From positions 1-49,646 of the IMG/VR virus record IMGVR_UViG_3300008050_000064: a stretch of 49,646 nt of DNA; one strand, 5' to 3'. Numbering within the stretch: the first letter of the stretch is position 1; the number at the start of each line of letters is the position of its first letter. Origin of the DNA: a virus. Taxonomy: Duplodnaviria > Caudoviricetes. Below the pieces are notes generated by a model. The model was not told where the DNA came from. It was given only the letters and a program-made list of their open reading frames with translations, and searched no databases. Of this stretch, positions 37,511-46,813 are shown piece after piece. Made by a program: the position numbers and the translations under genes.

Positions 37511-37896
37511 AGGCGAAAAGCCGAAAGGATAAATGAAATGAATGCAGAATTAGTACAAGATAAAAAATCGGGATGTTGGGTTGCCAATAGCCATGAGGCA
37601 TGGTTTAACCACAAGTGGGTTTGCAATATATGTAAATGCAATGTAAGTGGTGCGATGCCGAAAATTATTGGCATCAATGGTGAAACAACTATCAACTGTC
37701 CAGAATGTTTTTATGAAGATACAGGCACATCACCAGATTGGATTTGTTGTAATAGCGATTACGATAAAATCCCCATTGAAAATTATTGTGAATGTGCTGA
37801 ATGTCGGGGAATATAAAACAGGCGAGGTGCATCTCACCGCATAACTTTGTGCGAATAAACTAAAACAGGCGAAAGCCGAAAGGATAAATGAAAATG
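37511..37896 (+). repeat. two copies of AGGCGAAA(A)GCCGAAAGGATAAATGAAA leader
   Basis: 37511-37538 and 37867-37896; GGC-GAAA-GCC mini-hairpin abutting the SD. Confidence 0.85.
37538..37816 (+). CDS. Cys-rich zinc-finger-like protein
   Basis: CNIC, CPEC, CC, CECAEC. Confidence 0.6.
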   Translation: MNAELVQDKKSGCWVANSHEAWFNHKWVCNICKCNVSGAMPKIIGINGETTINCPECFYEDTGTSPDWICCNSDYDKIPIENYCECAECRGI

Positions 37897-38139
37897 CGAA
37901 TAATTAAAGAAAAAGACGCAATCACTATTGCTACTGAAGGCGTGGTTTTAGCACTCTCAGAAAAATTATATCGCCAGCAACGTGCAGAATATATTGCACA
38001 GAATAAATGCAATGGTGGTGAGCCGTTGCTGTGTGAGTATTTTGAACAGAGTAAAACGGGCAGGAATGTCAAACGATATTTGCCGCTATCAATTCACCGA
38101 TGGCAAAAGGTACAAAAACATGAACAAGCAAACAAATAA
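37888..38139 (+). CDS. hypothetical protein
   Basis: GAAAGGA SD. Confidence 0.55.
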   Translation: MKMRIIKEKDAITIATEGVVLALSEKLYRQQRAEYIAQNKCNGGEPLLCEYFEQSKTGRNVKRYLPLSIHRWQKVQKHEQANK

Positions 38140-38341
38140 GTTTCATTGTGATTTGAAACACCCAACCAGAAAAGAAATAATTGCCCGCCAAAATGTTCTC
38201 GCAATGTTAAAAATGTACCAAATGGCGAACGCATCATTAAGCCGAAAAGAATGTTTTGAATTGATGCTAAAAAAAGAACGAAAGTTTTTGGGGTTGGATA
38301 TAAAACTAAAACCAAACAAGAATAGGAAAAAACGAAAATGA
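38120..38341 (+). CDS. basic hypothetical protein
   Basis: Internal ATG of ORF 37982-38341; ATGA overlap downstream. Confidence 0.45.
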   Translation: MNKQTNKFHCDLKHPTRKEIIARQNVLAMLKMYQMANASLSRKECFELMLKKERKFLGLDIKLKPNKNRKKRK

Positions 38342-38523
38342 AAAACGGAAAAAAAATAACTTGCCCACATTGCAAAAAACAAGCAACAATTTATCATGGC
38401 AAATTTACCGCGCTAATGTGCGGGCGAATGCAGGATGGTGCAGTTGTTGAGGGTTGCGGTAAAATGGTCGATAAAGCAGATTGGCTGGAAGGCACAAAAG
38501 CAAGTAAGCCCGAAACCTGTTAA
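38338..38523 (+). CDS. small zinc-ribbon protein
   Basis: CPHC...C...CG. Confidence 0.55.
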   Translation: MKNGKKITCPHCKKQATIYHGKFTALMCGRMQDGAVVEGCGKMVDKADWLEGTKASKPETC

Positions 38524-38603
38524 GATAAAACAACAATTTGACCGTTGTTCAAAAAAGCGCACAACGCGCACCAACGGCGAATGTAAAACGAAAGGAGTGC
38601 AAT

Positions 38604-39446
38604 ATGGCACTACGCGCAACGAAACCGTCGGCGCGAACAAGACGGTTAAAATTATTGATGTACGGTGATGCAGGAGTTGGTAAAACAACCGCTTGCTGCC
38701 AAATGCCCGCGCCGTACTTGATTGATTCCGAACGCGGTACGGATAATTACCACGAACTTGTCAACGCGGTTGGTGGTGCAGTTTTCCAAACAACTTCAAT
38801 TGAAGATGTGATTGATGAAGTGCGCAATTTATCAATCGAACCGCATGATTTTAAGACGTTGGTAATTGATTCTATTTCACCCTTGTTTTTTGATTTGGTC
38901 GAAAAGTGTGAAAAAGAGGTTGGCAATGAGTGGGGCAAACATTACCAAGAAGCCAGCAAGCACATGAAACGCTTGGTGAATTTGTTGCTGCGCTTGGATA
39001 TGAACGTTGTTATCACTGCGCACGCAAAGCCAGAATACGGTGACGAAATGAAAGTGATTGGTACAACCTTTGAAGGTTGGAAACGATTGCCTTACATTTT
39101 CGATTTGGTATTGCACTTGGAAAAGCCAACACCAACGAAGCGATTTGCGCGAGTTTGCAAAACTCGAATTGAGGGTTTTCCTGATGGCGAAACATTTGAA
39201 TGGACATTTGAAGAATTGGCCAAACGCTATTCGATGCAAGAACTTGAACGAACTGCGAAGGTCGTTACGCCAGCAACTTCAAAACAGGTTGCAGAAATTG
39301 AAGCGTATGTAATTAACTACGTAAGCGGTGGCGAATTTGTAAGCAATTGTTTGACAAAACTCGGCATTGATGAATTGAAGGATTTAACAAAAGAACAGGC
39401 AACTAAAATGGTTGCCGCAATTAAAAAGAAAGTGAGTGTAAAGTAA
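38604..39446 (+). CDS. sak4: Sak4-like AAA ATPase recombinase
   Basis: YGDAGVGKTT, IDSERG, TLVIDSIS, VITAH; followed by an SSB-like gene; AAGGAG SD. Confidence 0.85.
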   Translation: MALRATKPSARTRRLKLLMYGDAGVGKTTACCQMPAPYLIDSERGTDNYHELVNAVGGAVFQTTSIEDVIDEVRNLSIEPHDFKTLVIDSISPLFFDLVEKCEKEVGNEWGKHYQEASKHMKRLVNLLLRLDMNVVITAHAKPEYGDEMKVIGTTFEGWKRLPYIFDLVLHLEKPTPTKRFARVCKTRIEGFPDGETFEWTFEELAKRYSMQELERTAKVVTPATSKQVAEIEAYVINYVSGGEFVSNCLTKLGIDELKDLTKEQATKMVAAIKKKVSVK

Positions 39447-39874
39447 TGACATTTAATTTTGATGCAACTGGAGTAGAGGAAAAAACCTTTATCTGTTTTC
39501 CTGCGGGTGAATATGAAGCCGAAATTGTTGAGATAAAACAACAGGTTTCAAAGAAGGGTAACGATATGCTAAAACTTGATATTGATTGCTATTCAAACGA
39601 TGGCAAGAAGGTGCGGGTTTTTGATTATATTGTTGCGCCTTCATCACTGTACAAATTAAAAGCAATCTGCAAATTTACTGGGATTGCTTTTGATGGTAAA
39701 ATCGAGGAACAATTGCTGAAAGGCAAGCGCGTATTTGTGAAGTTAAAGATTGACCCAGAAGGCGAATACCCTGCGCGTAATTCAATCGCAGCATATATTG
39801 GGGCTTGTAGTCAAAAACAGCAACCCCAACCTGAAACAACGAAGCCAATAATAGATGATGATATTCCATTTTGA
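39446..39874 (+). CDS. DUF669-like SSB
   Basis: PAGEYEAEI...SKKGNDMLKL...DDDIPF. Confidence 0.8.
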   Translation: MTFNFDATGVEEKTFICFPAGEYEAEIVEIKQQVSKKGNDMLKLDIDCYSNDGKKVRVFDYIVAPSSLYKLKAICKFTGIAFDGKIEEQLLKGKRVFVKLKIDPEGEYPARNSIAAYIGACSQKQQPQPETTKPIIDDDIPF

Positions 39875-39961
39875 TATTTAACCTTTCGTGCCGTGGGCGG
39901 TGTAAAAACCGTCTGCGGTGAAAGGTAACGAAAAGACAACAAACGAAAGGTAAAGTAAGTA

Positions 39962-40642
39962 ATGAAAAAAAAACACGATGAATGTATTAGTGGGATTAAA
40001 ATTATTGCCAAGATTTTATTCAAAATGAAAATCGAGGAACGCATTAATTGCTTAAATGAAATACGGATGGAGTTGCACAGAGTTTCGCCATTTAAGAATG
40101 AACCTGTTGATTGTGTGCAGTGGATTAAATGCGAAGATGTTTTTGCGAACGATTACAACCCCAACAGCGTTGCCCCACCAGAAATGAAACTTTTAGAACA
40201 TAGTATTGACGAGGATGGTTATACGCAACCAATTGTTGCGTGGGAACGCGAAGAGCATTTTGAGGTTATAGATGGTTTCCATCGAAATCGAGTTGGACGG
40301 GAGTGTCCGAGCGTTACAGATAGGATACACAATCATTTACCGTTAGCAGTAATAAATACAAACCGCGAAGATAGAAACGATAGAATCGCATCGACAATTC
40401 GACACAATCGCGCAAGGGGCAAGCACAAAATTGATGCAATGGCTGAAATTGTGATTGAATTAAAACGGCGCAATTGGTCGGACAAGCGCATATCTAAAGA
40501 ACTTGGCATGGATGCAGATGAAGTTTTGCGTTTATCACAAATTACTGGTCTTGCAGAAATGTTTGCAAATCATGAATTTAGTGAAGCGTGGGAAGCAGAA
40601 TCTATTGACGAAAGCGATACATTAGATGAAGCAAATATTTAG
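39962..40642 (+). CDS. ibrB: IbrB/YbdM-like ParB-domain protein
   Basis: SPFKNEPVDCVQW, ANDYNPNSVAPPEMKLL, IDGFHR, STIRHNRARGKH. Confidence 0.9.
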   Translation: MKKKHDECISGIKIIAKILFKMKIEERINCLNEIRMELHRVSPFKNEPVDCVQWIKCEDVFANDYNPNSVAPPEMKLLEHSIDEDGYTQPIVAWEREEHFEVIDGFHRNRVGRECPSVTDRIHNHLPLAVINTNREDRNDRIASTIRHNRARGKHKIDAMAEIVIELKRRNWSDKRISKELGMDADEVLRLSQITGLAEMFANHEFSEAWEAESIDESDTLDEANI

Positions 40643-41015
40643 AAACTATCTTGAATGGGAAGATTGGCAACGAGGGATGTATGCGCCAATGAAACCCGAA
40701 TTAGAAGAACGCATGATTGAGGATGCTATACAATTGTTGTCTAATTCGGACAAATGTTTAGCGTTCATGGAGCGTGTAACAATAACAATGCCTATTGCAA
40801 CACTTGTAAATTTAACTAATTTAGGTTGTAATCGTAAGGCGTGGATTGGTCAAGCATCATGTTTTGAATATGCTGGCTGTGTTGATTTAGCGACACGAAT
40901 AGCATGGTGGAAACTAGAACCACAACAACAAAACGAAGCAAATGAAATCGCAAAATTAGTAATAAATGAATGGGAGCAACAATGCCTAAACAAGCAATTG
41001 GTATTAATGTTTTAG
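40626..41015 (+). CDS. hypothetical protein between the ibrB- and ibrA-like genes
   Basis: WEDWQRGMY...NRKAWIGQASC; overlaps both neighbours. Confidence 0.7.
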   Translation: MKQIFRNYLEWEDWQRGMYAPMKPELEERMIEDAIQLLSNSDKCLAFMERVTITMPIATLVNLTNLGCNRKAWIGQASCFEYAGCVDLATRIAWWKLEPQQQNEANEIAKLVINEWEQQCLNKQLVLMF

Positions 41016-42223
41016 AAGCAGCAAAACAGCGCATAGGTTGGACTTTTGATAATTATGAAAACATATACATTAGTTTTAGTGGGGGCAAGGATTCAACGGT
41101 AATGCTTCATCTTGTAATGGACGAGGCGATAAAAAGAAAGCGCAAGGTCGGGGTTATGTTTATTGATTTAGAAGGTCAATATAAAATGACTATTTCGCAT
41201 ACTCAGGCGTGCTACGATTTATATGAAAAGCATATCGAACCGCATTGGATTTGTTTACCAATTCATTTGCGAAATGCAGTAAGTGTATACGACCCATTTT
41301 GGGTATGTTGGGAAGAATCAGAAAAAGAAAATTGGATTCGTTCCAAACCGAAAACATGTATTGACGATGAAAATTTTTACCCTTTCTTTTGTGAAGGTAT
41401 GGAGTTTGAAGAGTTTGTACCAGAATTTGGTGATTGGTTTGCAGGTGATAAAACGGCTGCGTGTTTTGTTGGTATACGAACCGATGAAAGTTTGAATAGG
41501 TATAGAACTATTACACATAAAAACAAAAAGCGTGTAGATGATTTGGGTTGGACAACACGTGTAACTGAGCGGTGTACAAATATTTATCCGATTTATGATT
41601 GGAGAACAGAAGATGTTTGGGCATATCATGGAAAGAATCCCGATAGACCATATAACAAATTATACGATTTAATGTACAAAGCAGGTTTGACAATACACCA
41701 AAGTAGGATTTGCCAGCCCTATGGCGATGACCAAAGAAGGGGGTTATGGTTATTTCATTTAATCGAGCCAGAAACATGGTCAAGGGTTGTTGCAAGAGTA
41801 AATGGGGCAAACTCTGGTGCGTTATATGTAAATGAATCTGGAAATATGACGGGTTATAGAAAGATAAGCAAGCCAGAGGGGCATACGTGGGAAAGTTTTG
41901 CAAACCTGCTTGTAAATTCAATGCCACCAAAAACTTGCGAACACTATAAAAACAAAATTGCGAAGTTTTGTCAATGGTGGCAAGAACGAGGGTACAGTGA
42001 GGGTATTCCTGATGAAGGGGATTTGCGGCTGGAACAAGATAGAAAAATTCCATCTTGGCGCAGGGTGTGTAAATCATTGTTGCGTAATGATTTTTGGTGT
42101 AAGGGATTAAGTTTTACGCAAACAAAATCAACGGCATATCAAAAATATTTGGATTTTATGAAGCAAAAAAGAGAAACAATGGAATTGAGTGGCATGCTAT
42201 TTGAAAAACGAAAGGTAAAGTAA
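40982..42223 (+). CDS. ibrA: IbrA/YbdN-like PAPS-reductase-family protein (DUF3440)
   Basis: SFSGGKDS PP-loop, FIDLEGQY, GIRTDESLNR, YPIYDW, PSWRRVCK.LL.ND.WCK.LSF. Confidence 0.9.
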   Translation: MPKQAIGINVLEAAKQRIGWTFDNYENIYISFSGGKDSTVMLHLVMDEAIKRKRKVGVMFIDLEGQYKMTISHTQACYDLYEKHIEPHWICLPIHLRNAVSVYDPFWVCWEESEKENWIRSKPKTCIDDENFYPFFCEGMEFEEFVPEFGDWFAGDKTAACFVGIRTDESLNRYRTITHKNKKRVDDLGWTTRVTERCTNIYPIYDWRTEDVWAYHGKNPDRPYNKLYDLMYKAGLTIHQSRICQPYGDDQRRGLWLFHLIEPETWSRVVARVNGANSGALYVNESGNMTGYRKISKPEGHTWESFANLLVNSMPPKTCEHYKNKIAKFCQWWQERGYSEGIPDEGDLRLEQDRKIPSWRRVCKSLLRNDFWCKGLSFTQTKSTAYQKYLDFMKQKRETMELSGMLFEKRKVK

Positions 42224-43107
42224 TGGTTGAAGAAAATAAAATTATTTCGATAGTTGATTGGAATGAGCATTTTGAAAAATCTCAAACGCGAAAAATAGCC
42301 AAGCATTCTTGGGTTGCAGTGCCAAATAAACACGATGGTTTGGGATTGAAAAAGATGCTACGCGAAGAAAATGGGCTTGAAATCTTTGCCATTTGGATTT
42401 TCTTAATTCAGATTGCAAGCAAATGCGAAACGCGCGGTATTCTTGCAGACGAAAAGGGGCGGGGTTACTCAATTGACGATATTGCCTTGAAGGTTGGCTG
42501 CAAAACGCAAACAGTTGAATGCGCAATTCCGTTTCTAGTGTCAATAAACTGGGTTTCTATAGTCACTGGTAGCACGCTACCAGCAGACTACCAGCACGCT
42601 ACCACCGCGCTACCACCAGACTACCACGGCACTGGTAGCACACTGGTAACTACATTACATAACAATACAGAACATAACACTACAGAACAGCATATAACAA
42701 AACAGGATAAAACAGAACCATATTTTCCAGAAGGCAATTCTGTTGAAGATGAGGCTGTTAGGGCGTTCGCTACTGGATACCTGCGAAATCCCATAATTCA
42801 AACCGTAATTTCGGCGATTCCTAAACATAGGCTGGTTAGCCCAGTGCCAACCGCGCGTGCAATCATCGCTGCAATCAATCGCACCAACGCTAAAACGCAC
42901 GAAGAACGTAAAATTGCAGCAGTCGCGCTTGCTGAACGTTTTGAGTTATATTACGCTTCGTCCGAAGGGCAACAGGAATATTTCAAAGACCCAGATAAAT
43001 GGTTGAATGAAGATAGGCATTTGGTTGACCCAAGCGTTTGGGATTCACGAAAAAAACAAACAGAGGCTACACCGTGGGAACGAATACACGAATTAAACGA
43101 GGAATAA
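42223..43107 (+). CDS. replisome organizer/replication initiator
   Basis: DWNEHFEKSQTRK..WVAVPNKHDG N-terminus; internal iteron array; C-terminal YYASSEG..EY..P shared with 36389-37333. Confidence 0.7.
   Translation: MVEENKIISIVDWNEHFEKSQTRKIAKHSWVAVPNKHDGLGLKKMLREENGLEIFAIWIFLIQIASKCETRGILADEKGRGYSIDDIALKVGCKTQTVECAIPFLVSINWVSIVTGSTLPADYQHATTALPPDYHGTGSTLVTTLHNNTEHNTTEQHITKQDKTEPYFPEGNSVEDEAVRAFATGYLRNPIIQTVISAIPKHRLVSPVPTARAIIAAINRTNAKTHEERKIAAVALAERFELYYASSEGQQEYFKDPDKWLNEDRHLVDPSVWDSRKKQTEATPWERIHELNEE
42564..42718. repeat. putative origin B: iteron array
   Basis: CTACCA at 42577, 42588, 42599, 42610, 42621 (exact 11-bp period); inverted TGGTAG/TGGTAA at 42567, 42633, 42644; A-rich ACAG repeats follow. 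Confidence 0.75.
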
Positions 43108-43108
43108 A

Positions 43109-43450
43109 ATGCTATTAACAAATAAACAAATGAACGCTATGATTGAAAAAGTGGAAACGCTAGAAACCACAATTAGACCAGATGAAATAACAGATATTAG
43201 ATATGCAGTTAAAACAATCAAATTACTAATTGAACTAAACAAAAATTCGGTTGATGGAATTTTGCAACACCACAAAGCACTTGACACATTGCTAACAATA
43301 CGAAGTATTGAAAAGGCAATAGACACTGCTGAGATATGCACAAAGTGTGATGGAACTGGTGGTGTTGCCAGTAATAAAGTTTTTGGTTCAATGCTCGGTG
43401 CAATTGACGAATGCCCTGAATGTAATGGAACTGGCGAGAAAGTAGGATGA
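43109..43450 (+). CDS. protein with DnaJ-type zinc finger
   Basis: CTKCDGTG...CPECNGTG. Confidence 0.7.
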   Translation: MLLTNKQMNAMIEKVETLETTIRPDEITDIRYAVKTIKLLIELNKNSVDGILQHHKALDTLLTIRSIEKAIDTAEICTKCDGTGGVASNKVFGSMLGAIDECPECNGTGEKVG

Positions 43451-44244
43451 AAATGGAAAACACAAATTTGAAGTTTGACTATTTTTCTCGCGTTGGCATT
43501 TCTGCAACATTATTAAAATCAATCATAAAACAATCGCCAGTACACGCAGCAACCCGAATGCGAACCTTCAAGCCATCGCCAACGATGAACCTTGGCACGG
43601 CTGCACATTGCGCAATCCTTGAACCCCATCGCTACAATGAGTTGATTGCCATTTGCCCAGATTGCGACAGGCGAACAAAAACGGGCAAAGCAGAATACGC
43701 TTCGTTTGTTGAAAGTGCTGGCAAAAAGACGGTTATCAAATACGACCAGCATGAAGCAGTAATAGCAATGGCAAATGCGGTTGATGAACATGAACACGCT
43801 ACTGAATTGATGCAGGATACAAAGCGCGAAGTTGAAATTGATTTTGCATTTGATGGCGAAACGTGCAAGGCAAAAATTGATGCAGTCAAGGGTGATAATA
43901 CAATTATTGATATTAAAACAACCATTGATGCAAGCCCAGATGCCTTTGCAAGACAATCTGCAAGTTTGTTTTATCAAATGCAAATGGCGTGGTACGCGAA
44001 GGCAATTGGTAGCAGTTGGAAAACGTGCAACTGTTATGTAATTGCGGTTGAAAATACAGAGCCTTATGGCGTTGCTGTTTATCGCTATGATGTTGATGTA
44101 CTCGATAACGGCTGGAAGTTATGCTGTAGGGCATTACGACAATGGCGCGATTACAACGCAACAATTTCAAAAAATGAAACGCCAAAAGCGTATGGCGATT
44201 GTGTTTACGATATTGAATTGCCCGCGTGGGCAGAAAGGGTTTGA
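43447..44244 (+). CDS. RecE/exonuclease VIII-like nuclease, paralog of 409-1200
   Basis: ISATLLK, NLGTAAH, PDCD.RTK.GK, CKAKID, DIKTT.DASP, LPAWA. Confidence 0.85.
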   Translation: MKMENTNLKFDYFSRVGISATLLKSIIKQSPVHAATRMRTFKPSPTMNLGTAAHCAILEPHRYNELIAICPDCDRRTKTGKAEYASFVESAGKKTVIKYDQHEAVIAMANAVDEHEHATELMQDTKREVEIDFAFDGETCKAKIDAVKGDNTIIDIKTTIDASPDAFARQSASLFYQMQMAWYAKAIGSSWKTCNCYVIAVENTEPYGVAVYRYDVDVLDNGWKLCCRALRQWRDYNATISKNETPKAYGDCVYDIELPAWAERV

Positions 44245-44245
44245 A

Positions 44246-44656
44246 ATGAATAAAGAAAAACTAAACGAACAACGGGTTAAGCAGGAAGGGCTTATTCAGT
44301 CACTTGCAAATCAACAAACGGTTTTGCACAAATCGCGCGTTGATGTGTATTCGCTATTGAGCGAAGGATGCCTGTATGAAGTACACGTTGAAACAGAAAA
44401 CTACAGTAAAACGCGCGAAGAATTGAACTGTTCGCCAAATGTTGTTGGGGTTTGGCACGTTCCCAGTATCTTGGGCAGATTAGAGCGTTTGACAAATCCT
44501 CAAGAAGTTACATTGATTGCAAATGAATTGATGTATGAACTGTATGAAATTACACCGTACGTGGCTACAGATTTTGGTTTACAACTTGATGAACCTGAAT
44601 CGGGTGACCAAGATGCTGCGGATGATATGAAAGAAAGGGAGTTTTTGAATGATTGA
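44246..44656 (+). CDS. hypothetical protein
   Basis: Internal ATG just after the upstream stop; GAAAGGG SD. Confidence 0.55.
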   Translation: MNKEKLNEQRVKQEGLIQSLANQQTVLHKSRVDVYSLLSEGCLYEVHVETENYSKTREELNCSPNVVGVWHVPSILGRLERLTNPQEVTLIANELMYELYEITPYVATDFGLQLDEPESGDQDAADDMKEREFLND

Positions 44657-44792
44657 CAAAACAACAGAAAAACTAGGTTGCGTGGGGTTGTTTTTTGTAG
44701 TGTTTGCAACACTTTTAATGCTTGCAGTACGGGGCTTTGCATTTGGTGTTGGTGTGTATTTTGCGTTTCGCGTTTTGGGAGTTGAAATATGA
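44649..44792 (+). CDS. 47-aa membrane peptide
   Basis: Hand translation MIDKTTEKLGCVGLFFVVFATLLMLAVRGFAFGVGVYFAFRVLGVEI; GGGAG SD; ATGA overlap. Confidence 0.5.
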   Translation: MIDKTTEKLGCVGLFFVVFATLLMLAVRGFAFGVGVYFAFRVLGVEI

Positions 44793-44983
44793 AGAACAGT
44801 ATATTTTTCTCAAAAACGTACGAAGAAATGCAGGTTGCAATCGCAATAAAAAAAGCAAACGATTATGAAAACGGAACAACAAAATGGCAATTTGATAAAC
44901 TGCGCAAGCGAATTATTGAACTTGAAAGTGAACTTGAAAAAATGAAAGGCGTAACGAATGAACGAAATAGAAACAACAATTGA
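44789..44983 (+). CDS. coiled-coil hypothetical protein
   Basis: ORF coupled to neighbours. Confidence 0.5.
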   Translation: MKNSIFFSKTYEEMQVAIAIKKANDYENGTTKWQFDKLRKRIIELESELEKMKGVTNERNRNNN

Positions 44984-45485
44984 CAGGGGTGCAGAATGGA
45001 AAAAAACGCTTGAACTTATGGCGGGGCTTTTTCCAAAGTGGGCGGTTACGCCACAACAATTTAATTCGTGGAAGGAACAATTCGGGATGCTAAACCCAGA
45101 GTGGTTTCGTGAAGCATTGAAAGTTGTATACCATCGCTATAATTCTGAAACGCCAAAACCCAAATGGGTGGCGGATGCGTTCAAAGAGGTACGTGCTGGG
45201 CATCGCGGCGTACCTTTAACCGAAAGCGATAGCGCAGAATCGCAACGGCAAAAAGCAATACAAGAACGAAAAGAAGAAGAATATCAAGTGAATTTGGAAC
45301 GCGAAAACGCTTGGCTGGTTGTTGCAAGTTGGGATAACGAAGAACGAATAAACTGGGCTACACAATTCAAAGAACGATTTGAGGGGATTGCAGAACTTAA
45401 CGATACGGCGAATATGAATACATGGTCTAAAACATTTGCACAATTTGTAAAAGCATTTCGGGTAGTTGAGGAACGAAACGCATGA
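44958..45485 (+). CDS. hypothetical protein
   Basis: 175-aa ORF with coupled start and stop. Confidence 0.6.
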   Translation: MNEIETTIDRGAEWKKTLELMAGLFPKWAVTPQQFNSWKEQFGMLNPEWFREALKVVYHRYNSETPKPKWVADAFKEVRAGHRGVPLTESDSAESQRQKAIQERKEEEYQVNLERENAWLVVASWDNEERINWATQFKERFEGIAELNDTANMNTWSKTFAQFVKAFRVVEERNA

Positions 45486-45886
45486 ACGGAATAAAATCAA
45501 GCAAGGCAACAACACCATTTTCAAAGTTGTCGCAACGTTGCCAAAATATTTTGATTGAAATGAAAAAAAAAGAATGGACAAGCAGAATTGAAATATCAAA
45601 AACCTTAGATATAACAGTTGCGCAAATAACTTCATCAATGGAGTTATTGAAATACCACGGCTATAAATTTGATTCGCGCATAATTGAAAATAAAAATTAT
45701 TATGAATACAGGTTTACGGATGGTGAACAACGTGAGCAGGTTCAAAGGCTTGCCACACGAAGCGTAAACGCCAGCCTAGAGCGTTTGATAATCGAAATGA
45801 ACCGTATCCGCAATACGTCAAACGAGCGCGGTATACGCAAAATAGCGAGTAATGCGCTTGAAGCGTGCGGTTTATTGACGGATTAG
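45482..45886 (+). CDS. putative winged-HTH protein, similar to 2680-3072
   Basis: WTSRIEISKTLDITVAQITSSMELLKYHG. Confidence 0.55.
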   Translation: MNGIKSSKATTPFSKLSQRCQNILIEMKKKEWTSRIEISKTLDITVAQITSSMELLKYHGYKFDSRIIENKNYYEYRFTDGEQREQVQRLATRSVNASLERLIIEMNRIRNTSNERGIRKIASNALEACGLLTD

Positions 45887-46019
45887 GGCGGGTTTTGTAC
45901 CTTTTCGCTGAATAATGACAAAAAAATGGTAAAATTGCCACATATTGGCTACATTGAGCCGATAAGTTTGTATAATGGAAAGCATGTCAAACGAACAAAC
46001 AACAAAAGGAAACGAAACA

Positions 46020-46181
46020 ATGAACAAACTAAACATCATCATCAAAAAGAACAGAAGCAACAAAGAAGTGGCATTCAAGATTGTGCGAAGTTGTGGTCAA
46101 CTTCTCAAAAGAAGAATGAAATTAAACGATGCGTACTTCATGCTCGCAAACGGTTCAGCAAGAATCGCAAAAGATTTTTGA
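46020..46181 (+). CDS. small hypothetical protein
   Basis: AAGGA SD in an A/C-rich leader. Confidence 0.45.
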   Translation: MNKLNIIIKKNRSNKEVAFKIVRSCGQLLKRRMKLNDAYFMLANGSARIAKDF

Positions 46182-46216
46182 ACAAACACAAACCCCAAAA
46201 CGAAAGGCAAAACAAA

Positions 46217-46525
46217 ATGACAAACGAAACAACAAACAAAGAAACAATCGACACAATCAGTCTTTCGCAGTTGGTTGATATTGTTGAACAGGCAGAGGAT
46301 GAAATCCTTGAAGAAACAGATGAAACAATGGCTTTTCTTCGTATGAAGAATTATCAACAATTGAGTATGCTTCTCGACTATTTGCGAATGGCAAAAAGAG
46401 CAACAGGTGAACGACAGCAAATGATTTTGGAATATGCCAAGAAGCACTACAAAAGTTTGTACACTCGGCAACAGCAAAAAGTCGAGTTCATACAGCCTCT
46501 TTTACGCAGCGTATCTTTTACTTAA
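46217..46525 (+). CDS. hypothetical helical protein
   Basis: GAAAGG SD before MTNETT. Confidence 0.55.
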   Translation: MTNETTNKETIDTISLSQLVDIVEQAEDEILEETDETMAFLRMKNYQQLSMLLDYLRMAKRATGERQQMILEYAKKHYKSLYTRQQQKVEFIQPLLRSVSFT

Positions 46526-46552
46526 TAAACCGCCGAAAAACAGAAAGGGAAA

Positions 46553-46813
46553 ATGAAAATGGAACAAAGAAAATATGACATCAAAGGCATGACCGTCAAT
46601 GGAAGGGAATTGCTTGCACTGATGGGTAATTCATTTGGAATCAGCGGTGGGGCTTGGCTAGATGAGAAGAATGTTCATAATCTCACAGACAAAGCAATTG
46701 AAGGAATTGTTTTTATGTTGTGGACTATGAAGAATCTTCCACCAGACAAAGAAAAAGACAAGCAACTGGTGTTGAAAGAACTTGGCAATGGGTTGTGGGA
46801 AGATAATGAATAA
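46553..46813 (+). CDS. hypothetical protein
   Basis: GAAAGGGA SD. Confidence 0.55.
   Translation: MKMEQRKYDIKGMTVNGRELLALMGNSFGISGGAWLDEKNVHNLTDKAIEGIVFMLWTMKNLPPDKEKDKQLVLKELGNGLWEDNE

Noticed and set aside
45945-45976. GCCGATAA (sigma28-like) and TATAAT boxes
   Set aside because: A promoter is plausible here, but neither box has a correctly spaced -35 element, so I made no specific call.
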